Assembly (NCBI GenBank): GCA_964016885.1 | Contig: OZ024741.1 | Span: forward strand, 325,314,001-325,378,000 | Direction of reading: 5' to 3' | From: Eledone cirrhosa | Lineage: Eukaryota | Length of the DNA stretch: 64,000 nt | Part shown: piece by piece, positions 1-9,790 of the stretch | Position numbering within the stretch: the stretch's first letter is position 1 | Layout of the letters: the number at the start of each line of letters is the position of its first letter | The notes under the pieces: model-generated | What the model was told of the DNA's origin: nothing | What the model saw: the letters and a program-made list of their open reading frames with translations, nothing else | Databases searched by the model: none | Position numbers and translations under genes: made by a program

Positions 1-2690
1 ACGCGAAGCACGAAGGCTGCGTTGTCCGAAGTAAAATACGTGCTCTAGGGAACGAGGGGACCAAAGCTGTTAGCTGGGCCCGCGTGACAGAGGCCAACAG
101 TGGAACTAAATCCACCATCCGGTCTTTGCGAGACCTGGATGGACGGGCGATTCTTGAGCCTAAGCAGATGTGTGAGGCCTTTCAAAGGCACTTTGCCCGA
201 CTGTTCGGGAGGGGCGGGGAGCCGGTTGGGAACGTGGACTTCGGTCCATACCTCGACGGCCTGCCGCGCCTCTCGGACAGGGAGGCGAAGTCCTGCGAGG
301 AGCCGATTTCGGCCGCTGAGATAGAGGACGTGCTGAGCCAATGCGGCAAACGCAAATCCCCGGGTCTCGATGGTCTTCCTTACGAATTATATCTAGCTAT
401 GCCGGACTTGTTCCCCGATCTCCTCGAGGCGGTCTACTGCAACTGGCAACAGAACGGGAGAATTCCCTGTACTGTGACCAAGGGCGTAGTCACGCTAGTG
501 AGGAAGGACGAGAACAAGGGGGACGAAATAAGTAACTTCAGGCCCATAACTCTGCTAAATACAGAGTTACAGATTTTGGCCAAGGTGCTAGCAAAGAGGT
601 TGGCGCTTGTCGTGGGCAACCTGGTGGGAGATGCGCAGACATGCGCTATCCCGTCCAGGTCCATCCATGACAACCTCCACCTCATGCGATACATCATAGA
701 GAGGGTTGGGAACGAACCCGGCTTTGGTGGGGCTCTGATCAACTTGGATCAATCTAAGGCGTTCGATAGGGTCGACCATGGTTACCTGGATGCGGTGCTA
801 GCGGCGGCAGGCTTCGGACCCGTTTTCAGGGGCTGGATCACTTCTATGCACAGCAGCCGCATCTGCTCTAGGGTCAAGGTGAACGGCTACCTCTCGGAGC
901 CGTTCAAAATCGCGCGGTCCATCCGACAAGGGTGTCCTCTCTCCTCCCTTCTGTATGTGTTGACTCTCGAGCCACTACTGCGGAAGTTGGAGTTGTTGCA
1001 GGGCATCCCTTTGGAACCGGGATTGCGGAAAGCGGTGTCGGCCTACGCCGATGACGTGACAGTAATGGTGTCGACGGCCTCCGAAATCGAGGCGGTCGGC
1101 ACCTTACTGGAGGAGTACGAAAAGTTCACAGGGGCTAAGCTGAACCGGGACAAGTCGATCGGTTTGCAACTCGGCACGTGGAGGGGCAGACCGATGCCCT
1201 CCGATGGCGTCGTCGGACGCTGGACGGAGGGCCCGGTGAAGTTGCTCGGGGTCTGGTTCGGACCGGACCTCCAGGTGGAGAAAAACTGGGCGGAGGTTAC
1301 GAACAGGGTGTTTGCACTGACCCAGAAGTGGGCCAGTTGCAAACTATCCCTGAAAGGTCGGGCGGAGGTGGCGAACACCTACATAGCGTCCGTCATCTAC
1401 TTCCGCCTGACCGTAGTGCCCTGCCCAAGGGAAACCCTCACCAAGATGGAGCGCGCGCTCTTCCAATTCCTTTGGAAGAGGCGGGCTCCTATGGTGAGGA
1501 GATCCATCTGCTGTCAACACCCTTCGAAAGGAGGGCTGGGGATGCCGTGGCTAATGATGCGTAGACACGCATTAAGGCTACGGCACCTCTACGTATTCCT
1601 CACCGGACAACCGGTGTGGGCCTCGTTTGTGAGACGAACCTTTCCCAGACTCGTCTCACTCACCGAGCTGCAATCCTGGGTCAAGCAAAGACCGAGAAAA
1701 CTGGGCGCCTGGCACACTGAGTGTGCCCAGGCGCTCACCGCCCTCTGGCAGGCGGATCCGGTTATCAGTGGAGACTCCACCGCAACATTCTATAGAGGGC
1801 TGGTACGCAGCAGGTGCGACGACGCCCTCGGAGAAGCCCTAGACATGGAGGAGGACGAACTGGCCAGCCTGTTCGGTAGGACATTCAGCCCGGGACCTAT
1901 GGACAACTTCCAGAAGTCCCTGGCCTGGCAGTGCTACCGAGGGGCTTTACCCGTTCGAGAAAGGCTCTACAGACACGGGCGCCCGGGTAGGGACCCCGCC
2001 AAAAAGATCTGTCCCAGATGCGTGTGCGACGAGGAAACCGTTGCACACGCATTAGTACACTGCTCGGGCGTAGCCGATCTGTGGGGCTATGTCGAACAAC
2101 TGCTGTCAAGGGTGGGACCGATCCGGTTGACCACCGAGTCTATTGTAATGATCAAGCCGCCTCCCCCCTTCAAAGATGAAGCAGAGGCGGTGTTTCTGTG
2201 CGTAATAGCCATGGCGAAAGAGGTTGTATGGTGGACGCGTCTGAAAGGACTGAGGTCGGGCACCTTTCTCTCTGGCCAACAACTGGTCCGTTTCTTCCGA
2301 TATCATTTCGGAAGAAGGATCAGGATGGAGAGAGAGGTGCTGCACCCCAGCCGTTTCTATGAAAGATGGGTGAAAGTGGCGAGAATGGCCCGTGTGAATG
2401 GGCCTTCACTCTACATCAGACTATAGGTGAGGAAGATGAAAGACCAAGGGAGTACCCCTTCTCTGTGCTCCTGAGGAGAAGGGTTGCACACTTTTTTCGG
2501 GGGTGTGTGCGACCCCCCAAGGCGCCTCCTCTCTATTGAGGATTTTGTTAAAAATTTTATTTTTTGTTATATCTTATTTTATTTTTATATTTTGTTACTG
2601 CCTTCTCCTTATTGAGGACGCCTTTTTGTGTAAACTCCCCCCTTTGTACTTGTCCCACTTTTGATGCCCTAGTGGCAAATAAAAGAAATA
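1..2690 (+). mobile_element. Tx1/L1-type non-LTR retrotransposon copy E1 (young subfamily A; 5' end outside the window)
   Basis: ORF2 RT and C-terminal zinc finger, 3' UTR, AATAAA at 2678-2683, then (TATC)n; near-identical to E3, E5, E9. Confidence 0.95.
84..2426 (+). CDS. ORF2p C-terminal part (reverse transcriptase + C-terminal CCHC zinc finger); frame extends upstream of the window
   Basis: KSPGLDG, FRPITLLN, LDQSKAFDRVDH, SIRQGCPLS, YADDVTV, GGLGMP, CPRC..ETVAHALVHC. Confidence 0.93.
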   Translation: MTEANSGTKSTIRSLRDLDGRAILEPKQMCEAFQRHFARLFGRGGEPVGNVDFGPYLDGLPRLSDREAKSCEEPISAAEIEDVLSQCGKRKSPGLDGLPYELYLAMPDLFPDLLEAVYCNWQQNGRIPCTVTKGVVTLVRKDENKGDEISNFRPITLLNTELQILAKVLAKRLALVVGNLVGDAQTCAIPSRSIHDNLHLMRYIIERVGNEPGFGGALINLDQSKAFDRVDHGYLDAVLAAAGFGPVFRGWITSMHSSRICSRVKVNGYLSEPFKIARSIRQGCPLSSLLYVLTLEPLLRKLELLQGIPLEPGLRKAVSAYADDVTVMVSTASEIEAVGTLLEEYEKFTGAKLNRDKSIGLQLGTWRGRPMPSDGVVGRWTEGPVKLLGVWFGPDLQVEKNWAEVTNRVFALTQKWASCKLSLKGRAEVANTYIASVIYFRLTVVPCPRETLTKMERALFQFLWKRRAPMVRRSICCQHPSKGGLGMPWLMMRRHALRLRHLYVFLTGQPVWASFVRRTFPRLVSLTELQSWVKQRPRKLGAWHTECAQALTALWQADPVISGDSTATFYRGLVRSRCDDALGEALDMEEDELASLFGRTFSPGPMDNFQKSLAWQCYRGALPVRERLYRHGRPGRDPAKKICPRCVCDEETVAHALVHCSGVADLWGYVEQLLSRVGPIRLTTESIVMIKPPPPFKDEAEAVFLCVIAMAKEVVWWTRLKGLRSGTFLSGQQLVRFFRYHFGRRIRMEREVLHPSRFYERWVKVARMARVNGPSLYIRL

Positions 2691-2763
<73 letters not shown>
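2691..2763 (+). repeat. (TATC)n target/tail microsatellite between E1 and E2
   Basis: Pure TATC tandem repeat. Confidence 0.98.
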
Positions 2764-2764
<1 letters not shown>

Positions 2765-5700
2765 ACAATAAAACTTTAACAGACACCATATATAAAAACC
2801 CTTCGGTGGAGACCGAAGGGAAAACTTTTACACACTCTTCGGAGAATCCTAACCTTAAAATGATTAGGATCTCCATGGACACACATAAAAGAAAAATTTC
2901 CTAACGACGTAGGTAACCCCTGCGTCAAACCCCATAACCGCGTCCTTTTGAAATGTTTCCCCACCCCCATTCCAGACACCCCACCCAACCTGACACCCCC
3001 TCCCCACCAACCATCTCCGTCCCCACAATCCAGAGACCACCACCCCACCAAACAACCCCTCCAACACCCCCATGGAAATTGTGCAGCCTGGTCCCCAGGA
3101 GACGAAGAGGTGAGTGATTTCTTTTCCTCTTCTTTTAACTTTTCAGCACCAGCATGGCCGATATAAGAGTTGCATGTGTGAACGGAATCCTAGATGCACG
3201 TTGGGACTATGTGGGAGCATGTCCCGATAGAGGGGGGGGGGGGGGTGTAACAGCCTCAAACAGTTAATCGGCCGATTTGACCTGGCCGATAGATATCGAC
3301 TAGATTTTCCGACTGTGCCACTGTGGATGTGGACTAATCTCAGCGGAACATCTAGATCGTACCTAGATAGGGTTCTAGTTAGAAAGAAGGATAGGGACAT
3401 GTTAAGCTGTCCACAAATGTTCATGGTTGCCTATTCAGATCACAAATTAGTGACCTGCTTAGTCAACCTTGACAGAACCCTTAGACAGGGACCCGGCTAC
3501 TGGGAGCTGAACTTGTCATTACCGACATGCAAAGCCTACAGTAGACGGATTAGCACTTTAGTTAAGCAGCACTTGACGGGGGCCATTGTCAACAACAGAT
3601 GGTGGTACTCTCTCAAGAGGGCAGTTAGATTAGACTCGATAGGTTTTAGTAAAGAATTAGTGTTAGATAGAAATAAGACCGAAAAGGAACTGGTAGATAA
3701 AGTAGAAGAGGCACTTAGGAGTGGCAACGTAGCCAGCGGGCTAGCGACGAGAACGGCCTTGGACCAGTTCTTCGACTCAAAGCATGAAGGCTGCGTTTTC
3801 AGAAGCAAAATACGTGCTCTGGTAAACGAGGGAGCCAAAGCTGTTAGCTGGGCCCGAGTGACGGAGGCAAAAGTGGCAACAAGCCCACGATTCGGTCTTT
3901 GAAGGACCAAGAGGGACGCGTGATACGTGAGCCGAAGTAGATGTGCGCGGCCTTTCAGCGGCACTTTGCTCAACTGTTCGGGCAGGGCGGCGCACCGGGA
4001 GGGGCTATGGATTTCGGTCCATATCTCGACGGCCTACCGCGACACTCGGACAGCGAGGCGAAGTTCTGTGAAAGGCCTATTTCGGCCGCTGAGATAGGGG
4101 ACGCGCTGAGCCAATGCGGCAAACGCAAATCTCCAGGTCTCGAGGGTCTACCCTACGAATTTTACGTAGCAATGCCGGACCGGTCTCCTGGAAGCGGTCT
4201 ACTGCAACTGGCAACAGAACGGGAGAATTCCCAGTTCTGTAACCGGGGGCGTGGTCACACTAATCAGGAAGGACGAGAATAAGGGGGATGACATAGGCAA
4301 CTTCCGGCCCATAACTCTGCTAAACACAGAGTTACAGATTTTGGCCAAGGTGTTGGCAAAGAGGCTGGCGCTTGTCGTCGAGAACCTGGTGGAAGAAGCG
4401 CAGACATGCGCAATCCGTCCATACACGACAACCTCCACCTCATGCGATACATCATAGAGAGGGTAGGGTGTAAACCCGGCTTCGGTGGGGCCCTGATCAA
4501 CTTGGATCAGTCTAAGGCTTTCGATAGGGTTGACCATCGTTACCTGGATGCGGTGCTCGAGGCGGCAGGCTTCGGACCCGTGTTCAGGGGCTGGATTGCT
4601 GCAATGCACAACAGCAACATCTGCTCAAGGGTCAAGGTGAACGGCTACCTCTCGGAGCCGTTCCATATTACGCGATCCATTCGACAGGGATGCCCTCTCT
4701 CCTCCCTTCTGTACGTACTGACTCTCGAGCCACTACTGCGGAAGCTGGAGCTATTGCAGGGCATCCCTCTGGAACCGGGACTGCAAAAAGCGGCGTCGGC
4801 CTACGCTGACGACGTGACAGTAATGGTGTCGAGCGCCTCGCAAATCGAGGAAGTCGGCACCTTACTGAAGGAATACGAAAGTGTCACAGGAGCGAAGCTG
4901 AACCGGGACAAGTCCATCGGTTTGCAACTCGGATCGTGGAGAGGCAGACCGATGCCTTCCGATGGCGTCGTCGGACGCTGGACGGAAGGACCGGTAAAGC
5001 TGATCGGGGTCTGATTTGGTCCGGACCTCCAGGTGGAGAAGAAATGGAACGAAGTGACGGCCAAGGTGTTTGCACTCACCCAGAAGTGGGCCGAGTGCAA
5101 ACTATCCTTGAAAGGTCGAGCGGAGGTGGCGAACACTTTTATAGCGTCCGTCATCTACTACCGCTTGACCGTCGTGCCTTGTCCAGCCAAAACGCTCGCC
5201 AAAATGGAGCGCGCGCTCTTCCGATTCCTTTGGAAGAGGCGGGCTCCTTTGGTGAGAAGATCCATCTGCTGCCAACACCCTTCTAACGGAGGGCTGAGGA
5301 TGCCGTGGTTGACGATGCGCAAACACGCGCTCAGGCTGCGGCATCTCTACGTATTCCTCACCGGAAACCGGTGTGGGCCCCGTTCGTGAGGCGAGCCTTC
5401 CCACGACTCGTCTCGCTGACCGAGCTGCCGTCCTGGGTCAAGCAAAGACCGAGGAAAATGGGCGACTGGCACATCGAATGTGCTCAGGCGCTCACAGCCC
5501 TCTGGCAGGCGGACCCGGCGATCAGTGGAGACTCCACTTCGTCATTCTATAGAGGGTTGGTCCGCAGCAAGTGCGACGACGCGCTCGGTGAAACTCTAGG
5601 CGTAGAGGAAGATGAACTGGCCAGTCTGTTCGGTAGGACCTTCCGCCCGGGACCGATGGACAACTTCCAAAAGTCCCTGGCCTGGCAGTGCTACCGAGGA

Positions 5701-6419
5701 GCTCTACCAGTTCGAGACAAGCTCTACAGACATGGGCGCCCGGGCAGGGACCCTGCAAAAAAGATCTGTCCGAGGTGCGTGCGAGACGAAGAAACCGTCG
5801 CGCACGCATTCATACACTGCCCGGGCGTCACTGACCTGTGGGGCTATGAAGAACGACTATTGTCGCGGGTGGGACCAATCCAGTTGACCACCGAGTCCAT
5901 TGTCATGATCAAACCGCCACCCTCCTTCAAAAACGAAGGAGAGGCGGTTTTCCTTTGTGTGATAGCTATGGCGAAAGAGGTTGTATGGTGGACAAGGTTG
6001 AAAGGGCTGAGGTCAGACACCTTTCTCTCCGGCCAACAACTGATTCTTTTTTTCAAATACCACTTTGGAAGAAGAATCAGGATGAAGAGAGAGGTGCTGT
6101 ACCCCAGCAAGTTTTATGAAAGGTGGGTGAAAGTGGCGAGAATGGCCCGAGTGAATGGGCCTTCTCTCTATATCAGCCTGTAGGTTGAGGAAAAGGAGGA
6201 GGAGAGGAAAGGAGTACAAACTCTTCGTACTCCTGGAGATGAGGGTTGCACATTTTTTCGGGGGTATGTGTTACCCATATAAACTGTCTCCCTCTATTGG
6301 GGAAAATCGATTAACTTTTTAAATTGCATTTGTGATAACATTTTACACATTTTTATTGTATGTAAACTTCCCCCTTTGTATTTGTCCCCTTCTTTTGTGC
6401 CCCTGTGGCTAATAAAGAA

Positions 6420-6420
<1 letters not shown>
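2764..6420 (+). mobile_element. Tx1-type copy E2 (subfamily B), 5'-truncated in ORF1 and degenerate
   Basis: ORF1 tail ending MEIVQPGPQETKR* at 3113; ORF2 ATG at 3154 (MADIRVACVN), deletion in the endonuclease, frameshifted RT fragments, stop 6181-6183, AATAAAGAAA end. Confidence 0.93.
3154..6183 (+). pseudogene. Disrupted ORF2 (APE endonuclease-RT-zinc finger) of E2
   Basis: ORF fragments 3315-3902, 4406-5014, 5033-5389 and 5305-6183 tile one ORF2 with stops and frameshifts. Confidence 0.9.

Positions 6421-6463
<43 letters not shown>
6421..6463 (+). repeat. (TATC)n between E2 and E3
   Basis: Pure tandem repeat. Confidence 0.98.
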
Positions 6464-6464
<1 letters not shown>

Positions 6465-9168
6465 GAGCCAGTTTTTCGACGCGAAGCACGAAGGCTGCGT
6501 TGTCCGAAGTAAAATACGTGCTCTAGGGAACGAGGGGACCAAAGCTGTTAGCTGGGCCCGCGTGACAGAGGCCAACAGTGGAACTAAATCCACCATCCGG
6601 TCTTTGCGAGACCTGGATGGACGGGCGATTCTTGAGCCTAAGCAGATGTGTGAGGCCTTTCAAAGGCACTTTGCCCGACTGTTCGGGAGGGGCGGGGAGC
6701 CGGTTGGGAACGTGGACTTCGGTCCATACCTCGACGGCCTGCCGCGCCTCTCGGACAGGGAGGCGAAGTCCTGCGAGGAGCCGATTTCGGCCGCTGAGAT
6801 AGAGGACGTGCTGAGCCAATGCGGCAAACGCAAATCCCCGGGTCTCGATGGTCTTCCTTACGAATTATATCTAGCTATGCCGGACTTGTTCCCCGATCTC
6901 CTCGAGGCGGTCTACTGCAACTGGCAACAGAACGGGAGAATTCCCTGTACTGTGACCAAGGGCGTAGTCACGCTAGTGAGGAAGGACGAGAACAAGGGGG
7001 ACGAAATAAGTAACTTCAGGCCCATAACACTGCTAAATACAGAGTTACAGATTTTGGCCAAGGTGCTAGCAAAGAGGTTGGAGCTTGTCGTGGGCAACCT
7101 GGTGGGAGATGCGCAGACATGCGCTATCCCGTCCAGGTCCATCCATGACAACCTCCACCTCATGCGATACATCATAGAGAGGGTTGGGAACGAACCCGGC
7201 TTTGGTGGGGCTCTGATCAACTTGGATCAATCTAAGGCGTTCGATAGGGTCGACCATGGTTACCTGGATGCGGTGCTAGCGGCGGCAGGCTTCGGACCCG
7301 TTTTCAGGGGCTGGATCACTGCTATGCACAGCAGCTGTATCTGCTCTAGGGTCAAGGTGAACGGCTACTTCTCGGAGCCGTTCAAAATCGCGCGGTCCAT
7401 CCGACAAGGGTGCCCTCTCTCCTCCCTTCTGTATGTGTTGACTCTCGAGCCACTACTGCGGAAGTTGGAGTTGTTGCAGGGCATCCCTTTGGAACCAGGA
7501 TTGCGGAAAGCGGTGTCGGCCTACGCCGATGACGTGACAGTAATGGTGTCGACGGCCTCCGAAATCGAGGCGGTCGGCACCTTACTGGAGGAGTACGAAA
7601 AGTTCACAGGGGCTAAGCTGAACCGGGACAAGTCGATCGGTTTGCAACTCGGCACGTGGAGGGGCAGACCGATGCCCTCCGATAGCGTCGTCGGACGCTG
7701 GACGGAGGGCCCGGTGAAGTTGCTCGGGGTCTGGTTCGGACCGGACCTCCAGGTGGAGAAAAACTGGGCGGAGGTTACGAACAGGGTGTTTGCACTGACC
7801 CAGAAGTGGGCCAGTTGCAAACTATCCCTGAAAGGTCGGGCGGAGGTGGCGAACACCTACATAGCGTCCGTCATCTACTACCGCCTGACCGTAGTGCCCT
7901 GCCCAAGGGAAACCCTCACCAAGATGGAGCGCGCGCTCTTCCAATTCCTTTGGAAGAGGCGGGCTCCTATGGTGAGGAGATCCATCTGCTGTCAACACCC
8001 TTCGAAAGGAGGGCTGGGGATGCCGTGGCTAATGATGCGTAAACACGCATTAAGGCTACGGCACCTCTACGTATTCCTCACCGGACAACCGGTGTGGGCC
8101 TCGTTTGTGAGACGAACCTTTCCCAGACTCGTCTCACTCACCGAGCTGCAATCCTGGGTCAAGCAAAGACCGAGAAAACTGGGCGCCTGGCACACTGAGT
8201 GTGCCCAGGCGCTCACCGCCCTCTGGCAGGCGGATCCGGTTATCAGTGGAGACTCCACCGCAACATTCTATAGAGGGCTGGTACGCAGCAGGTGCGACGA
8301 CGCCCTCGGAGAAGCCCTAGACATGGAGGAGGACGAACTGGCCAGCCTGTTCGGTAGGACATTCAGCCCGGGACCTATGGACAACTTCCAGAAGTCCCTG
8401 GCCTGGCAGTGCTACCGAGGGGCTTTACCCGTTCGAGAAAGGCTCTACAGACACGGGCGCCCGGGTAGGGACCCCGCCAAAAAGATCTGTCCCAGATGCG
8501 TGTGCGACGAGGAAACCGTTGCACACGCATTGGTACACTGCTCGGGCGTAGCCGATCTGTGGGGCTATGTCGAACAACTGCTGTCAAGGGTGGGACCGAT
8601 CCGGTTGACCACCGAGTCTATTGTAATGATCAAGCCGCCTCCCCCCTTCAAAGATGAAGCAGAGGCGGTGTTTCTGTGCGTAATAGCCATGGCGAAAGAG
8701 GTTGTATGGTGGACGCGTCTGAAAGGACTGAGGTCAGGCACCTTTCTCTCTGGCCAACAACTGGTCCGTTTCTTCCGATATCATTTCGGAAGAAGGATCA
8801 GGATGGAGAGAGAGGTGCTGCACCCCAGCCGTTTCTATGAAAGATGGGTGAAAGTGGCGAGAATGGCCCGTGTGAATGGGCCTTCACTCTACATCAGACT
8901 ATAGGTGAGGAAGATGAAAGACCAAGGGAGCACCCCTTCTCTGTGCTCCTGAGGAGAAGGGTTGCACACTTTTTTCGGGGGTGTGTGCGACCCCCCAAGG
9001 CGCCTCCTCTCTATTGAGGATTTTGTTAAAAATTTTATTTTTTGTTATATCTTATTTTATTTTTATATTTTGTTATTGCCTCCTCCTTATTGAGGACGCC
9101 TTTTTGTGTAAACTCCCCCCTTTGTACTTGTCCCACTTTTGATGCCCTAGTGGCAAATAAAAGAAACA
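6464..9168 (+). mobile_element. Tx1-type copy E3 (subfamily A), 5'-truncated within ORF2; remaining frame open to 8904
   Basis: Begins TATCT|TGAGCCAG in mid-ORF2; uninterrupted RT-zinc finger frame; 3' UTR as in E1. Confidence 0.95.
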
Positions 9169-9235
<67 letters not shown>

Positions 9236-9236
9236 A

Positions 9237-9297
<61 letters not shown>
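9169..9297 (+). repeat. (TATC)n between E3 and E4
   Basis: Tandem repeat with one TATA variant. Confidence 0.98.
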
Positions 9298-9759
9298 GCC
9301 TGACGCGTGGAACATCGCCGATAAGCTACCGAACTAATTGTTTGAAAAAACATAACATTTTGTAGATTTAGGGGTGAAAATTTAATATAAAAATTATTTT
9401 AAAATATCAAATTTTGCCAACTATAAAACATGAATAGCTCGGAAAGAACGCTAGAGAACGTCGACAGAGAGAAGAGAGGTAGAGAGGCAGATATTAACGT
9501 TATATCTGCTTCTGCTACTATGGACGTCGCCATAGATACGACTGTCAACAAAAAGAAAAAAATATTACCACTTGAAGATTTTAAAATTTCTACCGTCGAA
9601 GCGGAGAAAAATAACAACACATAGGAAAAACCAGGAATTAAACCTATTAACATACATACACATGAAAAAGACAACATCAACAAATCCATAGATACATCTA
9701 CACATAAAGTTTCACCTCGTCAAGAAATTGAGATTTCCAACACCGAGGCTAACAACGAT

Positions 9760-9790
<31 letters not shown>

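Noticed and set aside
45-1780. Recurrent antisense and alternative-frame ORFs within ORF2 (e.g. MAQHVLY.., MIRAPPKP.., MFATSARP..)
   Set aside because: They recur only because the copies are near-identical GC-rich DNA; no independent protein motifs.
6376-6463. N-terminal extension of the 842-aa ORF ([14 protein letters not shown])
   Set aside because: Chance open frame through E2's 3' UTR and (TATC)n into truncated E3; not a real start.
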